A stretch of DNA of 64,000 nucleotides from assembly GCF_006345805.1 (NCBI RefSeq), contig NC_043005.1, positions 95,046,001 through 95,110,000 on the forward strand. The letters are read 5' to 3'. Under the pieces are notes generated by a model that worked only from the letters and a program-made list of their open reading frames with translations, was not told where the DNA came from and searched no databases. How positions within the stretch are numbered: position 1 is the stretch's first letter; each line of letters opens with the position of its first letter. Of this stretch, positions 39,791 through 52,270 are shown piece by piece. The DNA is from Octopus sinensis. Lineage: Eukaryota. The position numbers and the translations under genes are program-made.

Positions 39791-40456
39791 AAAAGGGCTG
39801 GCTCAGCTATACCAGCAAATATAATGGGATTTAAAAAATACTGAATGGCTATGAGGGTCACCCGAATAAAATAGGAATCAAAGGGATCCAGAAACAAAAA
39901 AAAATGGTTGAGAACTCTTGATTTAATCCATCGGAGGTAGGAGACAGCTTTACGTGCCTTTTAGCATCACTTTAACCTTAACAACACGAAGCTAAGGTAA
40001 TCGTTGTTCGCTTTTTACTAAATATGAGAATATAACCGTGAAATTGTTTAATTTCTCGAAGTTATCTCCCCTTCGCATTCAGAGTTGTTCGCATTTTTCG
40101 CGAGGTTATTGTTTTCCTTCTCTTTCTCGAGAGAGAAGTTTTAATGGATTCTTAATTCATTGTCTACGGCATTCATTGCATCCCAACTGCCGTTCATATA
40201 TATAAATTTATGCGAGGTGGGGGTAAATGAGTGGGGAGGAGGTATCGGCGTCAGAACTGTGTTGACTGGTCCCTATTTTATCGATCTTGACGGTTGAAAA
40301 ACAAAATGTCGGATAGAGGATTTTTTTTTTCTATAAACGTATGAAAATAGAAAAGTTTTTCTTGTTAATAATATAAACAAGTCGCTCCTTTAATGGATAA
40401 CATAATTTATGTTGCTATGTTGTAAAAATTCCTAATAATAAAAGATTAAATCAGTA

Positions 40457-40528
40457 AGGTTCTACCGAGACTCGAACTCGGATCGCTGGATTCAGAGTCC
40501 AGAGTGCTCACCATTACACCATAGAACC
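40457..40528 (-). tRNA. trnQ-CTG: tRNA-Gln, anticodon CTG
   Basis: GGTTCTATGGTGTAATGGTGAGCACTCTGGACTCTGAATCCAGCGATCCGAGTTCGAGTCTCGGTAGAACCT: 72 nt, full cloverleaf, A and B boxes, and a T4 Pol III terminator 13 nt downstream. Confidence 0.97.
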
Positions 40529-40750
40529 GACTTATCGCTACGGAGAAAAACAAAATATATAACAAAGGCTTGTCTAGTAGTTGTGCGCTTCTGTTACTGT
40601 CGACTGGGAGAGATAAGACAAAATAGCGAAAGAGAAGAAAGAGATAGATAGGTAGAGAGACAAGCATAAAAAGAGACAGACAGACAGAAACAGAGACTAA
40701 AATGATTGTAAGTATAAGCAGAGATAATGTTAACATGTTCAACGAAGCCA

Positions 40751-40781
<31 letters not shown>

Positions 40782-41787
40782 GCTTCTATTTCTCTATCTT
40801 TCAGCAGTTCTTTTTCTTTCCCTCCTTCGCTCTTCTCTTTCTTTGTTTCCTTTCTTCCACATTATTCTCATTTCGTTCCCGTTATCGGTTTGCTCTTTCC
40901 CAGTAAATGTATTGTTATTGTTGTTACTATTTAGCAGATCCGTGATCAAAAGCAATCCAACCGTGACTAACTTATCATTTATTCAGACTTTGTGTATCGA
41001 GGACAACATTATCCAATGAGATTTGGTTGCTATTTGTAGCATATCGAGCGACGACGATAGAACATCCCCGTTGGTTTGTAATTTTAAAATTTACAGGTTC
41101 AATGTTTTTTAACATGAACGTTTATCGGAACTTTTAAATAATCCGCCATATGCGTTGTCATGGTTGTGTAGTTAAGACGTTTGCTTTGCAACCACGTAGT
41201 CTCGGGTTCAGTCCCACTGTGCGGTACTTTGGACAAATGTTTTGTTAAGTAAAATTGGCAGCCGAAAACGCTTAGTGTGTGTGTGTGTGTGTGTGCGTGC
41301 GCGTGCCTGTGTGTGTGTGAGCGTGTATGTGCATGTGTGTTTGTATCCACTCACGCACCTTGACAACCGGTGTCGGATTGTTTTCGTCCCCGTTAATATA
41401 TCGACATAATAAGTACCAGACTTTAAAATAAGTATTGACGACGATTTCTTCGACTAAAATATTTCAAGATGGTGTCCCAGCATGGCCGCAGTCCAGTGAC
41501 TGAAACAAATAAAAGACAAACGGTCGCATGCATAAGTTTGCTTATTGTTCCTACTCTGGCGAGCTGGCGGAATCGTTACCGCCTTGGGGCAAAATGCTTG
41601 CAGTTATTTCTTCTTCATGCTTCAAGTCCAAACACCGCCGAGGTTAACTTTACCTTTCAAGAAGTACCAGTCAAGAACCGGGTCGATGAAAACAACAAAC
41701 CACCGGCTCCCACTAAAACTGCTGTCCATATTGCTGAGTTGGTGAACAAAAATATGTTTCGTTGGCTGCGTGAATAATTGAAGCAAA

Positions 41788-42323
41788 AACCTTGAACATT
41801 TGACTGAAATATTTATTGTTGCACATAAAGACGACTGTTGTTGGATATGTACAATTAATAATTACAGACTGAGAAAGAGACACCACTCTGAAAGCAATCT
41901 GTACAGCAACATCCTGTTGGCTCAACATAAACGAAATCATTGCACTCTTTTCGTGGTGAAAGAAGTCCTTGATTGTCTGCCTTGGGACCGTCTGCGTAAA
42001 TGTCTGGAACCTTCAAATGGTAAGAATGGACGCGCATGTCGCTCAGCTGTCATGTTGATGACAGCTGAGCGACATGCGCGTCCATTCTTACCATTTGAAG
42101 GTTCCAGACATTTACGCAGACGGTCCCAAGGCAGACAATCAAGGACTTCTTTCACCACGAAAAGAGTGCAATGATTTCGTTTATGTTGAGCCAACAGGAT
42201 GTTGCTGTACAGATTGCTTTCAGAGTGGTGTCTCTTTCTCAGTCTGTAATTATTAATTGTACATATCCAACAACAGTCGTCTTTATGTGCAACAATAAAT
42301 ATTTCAGTCAAATGTTCAAGGTT
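41788..42323. repeat. Perfect 266-bp inverted repeat with a 4-nt loop
   Basis: Arms 41788-42053 and 42058-42323, loop GTTG. No mismatch found by eye. Confidence 0.95.
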
Positions 42324-42625
42324 ATTGTTTTCCTTCTCTTTCTCGAGAGAGAAGTTTTAATGGATTCTTAATTCATTGTCTACAGCATTCATTGCATCCC
42401 AACTGCCGTTCATATATATAAATTTATGCGAGGTGGGGGTAAATGAGTGGGGAGGAGGTATCGGCGTCAGAACTGTGTTGACTGGTCCCTATTTTATCGA
42501 TCTTGACGGTTGAAAAACAAAATGTCGGATAGAGGATTTTTTTTTCTATAAACGTATGAAAATAGAAAAGTTTTTCTTGTTAATAATAATATAAACAAGT
42601 CGCTCCTTTAATGGATAACATAATT
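42319..42625 (+). repeat. Direct copy of 40103-40407
   Basis: Three differences over 305 bp (one substitution, T10 vs T9, one AAT indel). AGGTT microhomology at the junction with the palindrome arm. Confidence 0.95.
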
Positions 42626-43143
42626 CTACAAAGGGTTTAGGCACCAAATTGGCTTTTTATAGGGTACAAGAACATTCTAGAAATTATATCATTACACAAC
42701 TTTATTCTGATTTGTTGCCTAATAAATCGATCACGTGAAATTCTTGGCCTCTGATCGGTTATCTAGCGGTTGCGGTTTCTCATCACCACTACAGGTCTAA
42801 CAAAACATATTCTCATCCTAGGTGACGTGGTCAAGCTTAAGCCTGTGACAAAGCGAGCTATCTGGACCCTTTTTCAGCAGCCTCTACGTTATTCTTGATG
42901 GCCCTTTTACTCATTTCTGAGATGCCTTAACTGATTTTAAAAGATACCAGCAATTTTCCTTATTACAGGAATTTGGATTAACTGGAAATTATTGCATTCG
43001 TACCATTCAGAAAATCGCGCCAATTACACTTCATGAAAAATTATCATATATGTATAATACATTAAAAATTAACTTCAATCTTGCTTGCTTGCTTGCAAAA
43101 TTGTACAGCCAAAATGGCGCATAACAGGACAATACTTTGAAAG

Positions 43144-43201
<58 letters not shown>

Positions 43202-44029
43202 TTCGAGAGCTGCGTCCATGCTGGAACCTAAAATATAATTTTGCTGCAACATATTTTATATTTTCTGTAAAAACATGATTTCTATTTATTTATTTATGAC
43301 GAAATACTGTAGTTAAGAATTTACATAATTACTTGAAATATATTATTTCGACTTTTAGATACTATATAAAAGGTTACAAGAAAAGAAGAAATTTCACAAA
43401 AAGCAACATAGTAAATAATGTTACCCTTAAAAAATTTCTGCTAGCTAGGTGCCTAACAGGGGACATGTAAACACGTGCATAGATACATGCAGGATTTCGA
43501 GTTATTCCATTGCAAAATGGTTCTCTTAAAATATGAGGAACACAAATGTTAACATGGTGACACATGCCTTCACTCCATCATAGAATTTTTCATTGACTGT
43601 TTTGCTTTTATCGCGAATATGTGTGTGTGTGTGTGTGTATAGAAACACACACACACATATATATATATATAGTTGGAATTTACAAAAAAAAAACCAAGAC
43701 AGGTGTGTAAACAACAAACAGGTGTATTAGTTTAACGCTCGGGAAGCTGAGAAAGTGTTTTACGGTTCGAGCCTACGCTCTTCAAAAGAAAGAAGCACGA
43801 GAAACAGACACAGAATTAAAAACGCTTAGTGGCTAGCAGTCGATCATGGCTGTATATAGCATTATGACCCGTCGTTGCCAGGTCATAGAGAGCTAGTGCA
43901 TGTATACATGTGTATATATATGTGTACATATTACATGTACATCTATATATATACATCTACATATAAAATACAAAATACAAAGTTATATCTTGATATCGCT
44001 AGTGATAACAATACTCAAAATATATAACA

Positions 44030-44876
44030 GACTGGAATTGCAGTCCCGTCTCTTGCAATTTCGATCAATTGTATCTTGTCCTCCCTCTTATATAGAAGTG
44101 TGGCTACAATCCAGCCTACCTCTACTTCTGGAGGGACATTTTAAATTTTTATCCGGGACGTCCTACGTCCTAGATATAAAGGTAAAAATAAAATATTTCC
44201 ACTTTGCAAGGTTCGAGTCGAGTACTCCCTTGCACGCTCCGTTGACTCGAACCTTGCTTCTATTGTGGCGAATTTACCGCCTCTGGTTACATATCTTTCA
44301 TAGTCGCACCAAGACACTTTTCGATGGTGCTTTCCTCCATGTGTTCAAATCTTTTTTCTCTACATTGTATACTTTATAGACAATAGTCTTTTCTTTAATT
44401 TAATTTTTTATTTCGTTTGGTGGTGTTATCCTAGATTCCCCGTCTTTGTCGGTGATCAATCCGAAATAGGTTTGTATTTCTTCCATTTTAATTTTAATGA
44501 GTTCGCGCCCGCCGACGGCTGCAGCGAAATTCATTTTTGGACTTTCTTCTATCGAAGGCATTCTAACAAAAATGCTTCCGTGTAAACGGTAAAAATAATG
44601 TCAATTTCTCCAAACAGGGACACAATTCAATTTTTAAACAATAACCAAAGCTCCTTCTCCCAAAGAGGGAGGGTTACAGTTTACAATTGTTTAACAAATG
44701 CAACACAACAACGTTTCCTTTACGACGAACCAACAAACGTGATAACAATAGTTAAACAGTAATAATAATAATAACAACAAACCTTACGGTGAATCAAAAA
44801 GCAGTACGCAGTTGAAGCTATATCCTTTATGTATAAGAAATAAACCAACAGCAGTACTCAGTAGAAGCGGCTGTGA
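44030..44876 (-). mobile_element. Tx1/L1-clade LINE, copy 3 (5' UTR and ORF1 N-terminus only)
   Basis: Frameshifted translation MNFAAAVGG...KTIVYKVY...TRGGKFATIEARF...LFLPLYLGRRTSRIKI.NVPPEV aligns with ORF1 of copies 1 and 2 (YINRGKRYGTVELRF...LLPLYKGKRTSKISMNNIPPE). Confidence 0.8.
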
Positions 44877-47800
44877 TTTTTTATTACCCACAAGGGGCGA
44901 ACAAAGAGGGGACAACACAATCTGATTTGGGGCCAGATTTACGAATGGTTTTACATAGATGATGAATTAAAAAATTTTAACACATAATTACGAATCACAA
45001 TAAAAACGAAAAATCGGATGATGGGACAGACCGGAAGACATTACGGATGGAGGGGGGCGAGTTTAGCTCGGACCCCACGATCTCCACCTCGCCACTGATA
45101 CCTGGGTTTCATCCTGTCCCACATTTATGCGGTACCATTCATACGCAACATCTGTGCTACATTCTTCCATCGTTTTTCGAACACTTTCTCAGTCAGGCAT
45201 TTTCTCTCCAGCCCTATTTTCCTTTTCAGGTGGAAGATGAAGTAATTCATCAATCCAGAGCCAGAGATGAAATTGCCTGACTCTATATCTTTCAGCCTCG
45301 TCTTCCAAATCACCTCTGTCGCGATTGCTACTACATCGAGAAAATAATTCTTACCTTCTTTCGAGAGGAAATCCGGTGGGTCAATTTTTACAATAGACTC
45401 AGTCGACAGCTGTACTCTTCGTGTGTTTGACAACAGTTGTTCGACATAAACCCACACCTCTGATACCTCCGGACATTGAACAATAGCATGCGGGACGGTT
45501 TCCCTGTCCCGTTCGCATCTTGGACATGTCGGATTGCCTCGGCCACCATGCCTTGCGAGTTTGTCCCGAACAGATAGAGCTTCTGAAAGTTGTCCAGGGT
45601 CTTCGGCCCGAATGTACGTCGGAACAGACTAGCCAGCTGATTATCATCGAGACCTAGGGTTTCCCCTAAAGTATCGTCACATTCCGCCTCTACCAGTCCT
45701 CTATAAAAGAATGTGGTGGAATAGCAGGAGAGCCTTGCGACACTCCATAAACCATGTGTCCAGTTTTGATCTTCGATTCAACCAAGTTTCCCATCCACCG
45801 AAACTATTAAACTTGGGAAACGTCAGTTTTGTCAGCGGGGACCACACCCGTTCACCATCCAGGTAGAGCCACAGATGCCCCAACCTCAGCGCATGTCTGC
45901 GCATCAACAGCCAAGGTATCCCTAGCCCACCCTTTAACGGTTGTTGACAGCAAGTAGAGCGTTTCACAAGCGGTTTCGAGCCCCTCCACAAAAAGTGAAA
46001 GAGCTGTCTTTCCAGCTTGATCAACCACGAATCAGGGCAAGGCACGACGGATAGGCAGTAGGTGATGACCGATGCGATAAACACATTGGCTACTTCCGCC
46101 CTACCTTTCAGGGAGAGCCACCGGCAAGACCAGGTCTTGACTACTGCAGCCACCCTGCTCGATACCTCGGCCAAGTTCTTCTCTATTTGGAAGTCTGGTC
46201 CAAACCAAACCTCTAGCAACTTATTCGGACCCTCTGTCCAACGTCCCACGACTTACCTCTCCAGGTGCCGAGCTGCAAGCCGACTGACTTTTCACGATTA
46301 ACTTTTACTCCTGCCACCGTCTCGTAAACCTATGTAGGTGATCCATTTCGGTTACGATGATGGTGATGTCATCCGCGTAAGCTGACACCGATTTTCCACA
46401 ACCTGGCTGTCTCGGGATGCCGCTCAATTTTCGCAGTAATGGCTCAAGAGCCACGGACACCCTTGACGAACCGAGCGTTTGATGTTGAACGGCTTCGATA
46501 AGAAATCGTTCACCCGAACTACCGAGTCGATGTTGTCGTAAATCTAAATGATCCACCTGAGGAAGCCAAGACCCAGGCCGAACTGTGCCAGAATGGACAC
46601 CAGGTAGCGATGGTCAACCCTATTAAAAGCCTTAGATTGGTCTAAATGGACCAGTGCCCCACCCTTGCCAGAATCCTTATTGAACCCCTTTAAAGTGTAC
46701 CGTATAAGATGGAGATTATCCTGAATGGTTCTACCGGGAACGACACATGTCTGTGCCTCCCCGATCAGACCATCCGCGACACGCGCCAATCTTTTCAATA
46801 ACACTTTGGCCAAAATCTTCAACTCTGTGTTTAGCAGTACAATTCCACTTGTACGGGTCCTTTCTGACAAGCGTCACTACTCCCCGGCGCACAGATCTAG
46901 GAATAAACCCTTTCTGCTGCCAGTTCGCGTAGACCTCCGCCAGTAGGTGCCCGAACAAGTCTGGCATACTCTTATATAACTCAGAGGGTAGACCATCCAG
47001 TCCTGGCACCTTACCTGCGCCACAGTCCGCCATAGCCTCAGCCACCTCCTCAGGCGTGATCGGCCCTTCACAGTTCGCCCCGATAGGCACGGCAGCCCGT
47101 CGAGGAGGTTCGTAAAGCCCCTCCTACTATTCGGTCCGCCGCCCCCACCGAAAAGCTGAGCGAAGTGCTCCTGAAAAGCCTCGCACATTTCCTCGGGTTC
47201 GTCTATCAATTTACCTTGTTGGTCCGTCAAAGATCGAATTGTGGCATCATTACCACGTTGAGCCTCCACCACTCGGGCCGATCCTGCGGCGTTGATTCCC
47301 TCACAACCCACTGCGCGGATCCTAGCCCTGACAATGCAGCCCATGTGTTTGGCCTCGAGGTGCTGGTTTAACGCCAGTCTCTTGGCCGTCACCTGAGCCG
47401 CAGAGCCAGTTTTCATGGCTTCCTCTAAATCCTTAACTAGAGTTTATCCCATCCTAGCCTCTCTAGCCACTAATCCTATGCTATATCTAATAGACTCGAA
47501 TTTTATGGCTCGCTTGAGAGCATACCACCATTTATTATTAATGATGGCACCAGATAGCGCCCTCTGAATCAAAGTCCTAATCCGGTCTCTAATCGCCAAA
47601 AGGGACGTATTAAGTTTCCAATAACTGGAGCCTCTTTTATATACCTTATCTATGTCAAGCTTACAGGTGACCATTTTATGATCACTGTAGCTGACCAGGT
47701 AAAACTGTGGACACTTAGCTATTTCTCTATCTGCTTTTCTAATTAGTACTCTAACTATGTAAGACCTGGAAGATCCGTCGCTATTTGACCATGTCCACAA

Positions 47801-49910
47801 TGGAGCGTTCGGAAATTCCAACCTATAAGATCTGCTAGCTCAAAGCGTCTTAGCAGTTCCAGGAAGCCAGGGTTACCTTTTCTATCTGTACACGAGCCAA
47901 CATAATCTACTCGCGCCTGGTAAATTGTGTTGTAGTCTCCTAGCACAACTAATTAATGTAAAGTATTAAGAAATTTCTCTAACTCACGAAAATACTCACT
48001 TTGCCCAGATGATGATGAGGGTGCATAAATTGCAACCAGTCTGATAACTTTACCGTTACTGAACGTCAAATCCATGACGACCAGCCGACCCTCTGGATCT
48101 GAAAAAATTAACTTTTTCTCAAAAACCCGGTTTCTTTTTAATAGGACCCACACCCCACTCCCACCGGTAGGACTGCCTGGAGAGAAAATACTCTCGTAGC
48201 CGTTCAACAGCGGGAGCAGATCTCTTGGCCCCTCTAACCGGGTTTCTGTAGCAACAATGACATCCAAATTCCGCGACCTGATATCATTAAGGAAGCGACC
48301 CTGCTTCCAGCTTAATCTCAGGCCACGCATATTTAAGCAACCATCATGAATGTTAGACATTACTTACCTCAATATCAGTGGTTCGGCGTTTCTTCATCCT
48401 CCTTTTCTTTTTTTTTCCCGGGCTCGTGGCGTATTTGGACGTAGGTCCTCGTAAATATATGGAGAAAAATCCATTCTTAGAGGGCCTACGTCGTGGAAGA
48501 ATTCGGACTTAATCCGCCCGTAATCCTTCCGGCCTATCCTGTAGATAAGGAAGTCTTTCGATGTAGTTTTCTCAACTCGTTTGGCAGTTGGGATAACTGC
48601 CAGACGGTTGACTGGTCTGTTGTTTCATGCCTTTATGGCCATCTACGTATTGTCTTTCTCTTGTTCATTTTTCTGTTTTATATTCAATTTGGGAGGGGCG
48701 GTCTGTGTTTTTTACTTTTTCTTGGAAGTAGTCGACCATCCTTCCTCTTTGTCTTTCTCTTTACTTTCTTCTGTCGCTGGTGATGTAACATCTTTAGGTG
48801 TTGGTGCTGGTGTTTCTTTTAGTGTTGGTACTGGCGTTGTTTCATCTGGTGTTTCTTCTTTTATTTCCTTCTCATTAGGTTGGCACTCGGCCCTGATGTG
48901 TCCCTTCAACCCGCAGTTGAAGCATCTCGGTTTTCTGCCTTCCACGTATACGATCAGCCTCTCGCCTCCGCTAACATTTATGGCTTCTGGAATTTCTTCT
49001 AAGGTTGCTACCTCCGCTTGAATTGCCATCGTCAAGCATTGCCCCTTCCAATGCTCTTCCTCTTCCACTGAGACCTGGAGAATATTTATTTTTTCATCCA
49101 GGCCTAATGTTATTGCTTGCCACTAAACAAGTGGCATCCACTTCAGGGGGGATATTGTTTATTTTTATTTTTGATGTTCTTCTTCCCATGTATATTGGAA
49201 GAAGAACCACCTCCTCTGTTTTGAGTGTCTCCAAAGAGTACTTTTTCGCTGCTTCTTCTGTTTTAAACGTTACCTCCACTGCACCGAACCTTTTTCCACG
49301 GTTGATGTATGTGATTTCGGGCCAAATTGGTTTCAGGCATTTTTCCACTTTATTTTCCTCTATTCTTTGAATCATTTTTTAAACTATGCTTTAGGTCTTG
49401 TAGATGATCCTTTTCCTGTTTACTGCGTCGGTCGTTCCTTCTGTTGTAGCCACTGTAATTTCCGTTCCTTCTTTTTTCAACATGTGCATATATTTTTCTA
49501 AATTACTCTTTTCAGTATTTAGCTTCTTTTCCTTTTTACCAGCTACCTCTGCGAATTTCTTCGGTGAGACTGCTGGTGTTTTTTCGTTTTGTTTTTTCGG
49601 TGTTACTACTGGTGAACTACTTTCTTCGCCTGACACAGGTGAGAAAGAGAAAGGTGTATGCATTTCCATTTTTCCACAAGTTGGCTTAAAAAGCCTTTCA
49701 CAAAATTGGCTTAAAAAGCCTTTCACAAAAATTGGCTTAAAGAGTCACAAGATAACAATAATTCCCCCGCATGGGGGGAATTTCAACAAATAGCTTTCAA
49801 AGAAAGCAAATAACAGTTCTTTTTAAAAGCAATAACAATAATTTACAGTAACAATAACAATATTTACAGGGAAAAATTGACACGTACCAACTCAGTCGAA
49901 ACGGATGTTC
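44877..49910 (-). mobile_element. Tx1/L1-clade LINE, copy 2, full length but degenerate
   Basis: ORF1 fragments 48370-49670 (CFNCGLKGHIRAEC). ORF2 from 48360 with APE and RT motifs (LDQSKAFNRVDH, RQGCP, AYADD) and several frameshifts. Ends in AATAAA plus an A-run. Confidence 0.93.
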
Positions 49911-50493
49911 GAGAAAACAGACATTACATACAGCCAAACTTCATATAGATACTTAATGCTAGCTAATTAGCAGATAATCTTATGTAAAAGCCGTGGTAAA
50001 CGGTATGTGCAAACCTCCATCTGGACTATTCCATTTCTGCACGCTAATTGTATTTTTAATTTATTCCCATTCATGTGAAACCACTTATTCAAGTTCAAGT
50101 CATTGATGCAATTTTATACCAATTGCTATTTTTACTTTTAATTGTTATGTTACGATTTAATTTAGTTTCATTTTAATTATTACTTACTATATATAATTCA
50201 ATTGTTATTATTATCTCTAATTTTTATTGTTAAAGTGAAAGTATCTGACATAAGATAGAGAGATGTTTTTGTTTCACTTTTAACACGTAATACTGAAATA
50301 GTGGAGAAGATATGATATTGCTATGGGCTCGCCCTAGACAAGAAGTTGAACATTTCTTTTGCCCAAGAAACTACATGGACCCAAAGAAGGCATGTGTAAA
50401 ATTTGAATGAAATTGGTTGTGTAGTTCTCAAGTTTTAGGGAAACACACAGACAGACACACATTCTCAGTTTTATATAGAGATTTTATATATAG

Positions 50494-50591
<98 letters not shown>

Positions 50592-50676
50592 ATGTATGTA
50601 TGTATGTATGTATGTATGTATGTATGTATGTATGTATGTATGTATGTATGTATGTGTGTGTGTGTGTGTGTGTGTG

Positions 50677-50740
<64 letters not shown>

Positions 50741-50769
50741 ATATATATATATTTATATATACAGATATG

Positions 50770-51994
50770 CAGGAAGTAAATAGTCACTTTTATTTTTCAA
50801 AATCTTTTATTTAATACGCAAAGCGAACAATTGAATGTAATGGATAGGTAGGACTACATACTTTAGTATTTAGTTGACCTTCCTTTTGCAGTTTTCAATT
50901 CAGAAACCCTTTTTGGCATTCAACTGATGAGTTTTGTGATTGTCTCTTGTGGAATTTCTGCCCGCTTTTCACGTAACAATTGAAATAATTCATCTTTAGA
51001 TTTATGTTACTGTCAAGTTTTTCGTATAGCTCTATCTAGTATGCTCCAAATATTTTCAATCGGGTTCATGTCAGGAGATTGGCTCCACCAAGGAAGCTTT
51101 TTGATACCATTTTCAGTTAGCCATTGTTGATTCCTTTTCGCTGTGTGACATGGAGCCCCATCTACCATGAATAAAAACTCATTTTTCGTTATGTTATCGT
51201 GTAGAAGTCCTTGCTTAAGTATTTTTATGTATTTTTCAAAGTTTATGGTTCCAACACATTCGATCAGCTCAGAACGACCATTGCTGATGACAGCTCCCCG
51301 TACTATTACAGAGGTACCGCCATCTTCCACAGTTGATTGGAGTCGTTTCAAATCAAATTCTTGATTGGGAAGCCTCCAGACCCAAACACGTCCACTGTCT
51401 GAAAATAATGCAATTCTGGATTCATCTGAGAAAATCACTCTATTCCACAATGAACTGGATATTTCTGACATCACCTTAGACCATTTCTTTCTTTTCATGA
51501 TATCAATTGGTTTAAGGAGAGGTTTTCTTCTAGCTGCTCGTTCATAATATGCAGCTATGTAACATGTTCTTGGACTAACTTCTAGCAGTTTTGCAATGTC
51601 AGAAGCCTTCGAACAATTCTCTTTCCACAATTCTCTTCAAACAGCGAAGCTTCCTTTCCGAGGGCCAAAGTCGGCCGGGACGATAATCTGTTGATTCTTT
51701 TCCTTGGCTTTTGAATTGCACTATAATTAACAGTAGCAAGCGGAATTTGAAGATTTTCGGCAATTTTTCGCTGGCTAAGACCAGACTCAGATTGCCCAAC
51801 AATACGAACTCTTTGAAAATCTGACAGTTCTGCTGAATTTTTTGTGCGTGGCATGGTTACTCTCCGCAAATGTTTAATATAATGGCACCTGGGATGAAAA
51901 AGAATAATTACATTGTAAATTCTACACCGCTGAAAACATATTAAGACGCCTAGATCAGAAATTTTGAAAATTAAAGGTGTCTGTTTACTTCCTG
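50770..51994 (-). mobile_element. Tc1-family DNA transposon, frameshifted transposase
   Basis: 34-bp TIRs caggaagtaaa.ag.cac.ttta.ttttcaaaat (30/34) and TA at 51995-51996. MPRTK...[12 protein letters not shown] from 51854; FSDESR, MVDGAPCH and SPDMNPIENIW (DD34E). Confidence 0.92.
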
Positions 51995-52027
51995 TATGTC
52001 TGTGTGTATGAATGTATGTATGTATGT

Positions 52028-52098
<71 letters not shown>

Positions 52099-52270
52099 AA
52101 GCAAAGTAGTCAGAAAATTTCAAAACAGGTGATAGTAGTAATTATACAGTACAGACAAGTGAAGTCAATCGCCACATCAACCCTAGGCAGATCTTCCGAC
52201 AACTGGATATAGGTGCAGCCTGCACATATTGCAAGCAGGGAAGCCAACCATCTGCCAGAAGACAACAGAA

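Noticed and set aside
43756-43794. Hammerhead-like motif on - (CTTTTGA-A-GAGC-GTAG-GCTC-GAAC-CG-TA)
   Set aside because: Stem II is perfect, but G5, A6 and A15.1 are mutated. It is a relic, not a functional ribozyme.
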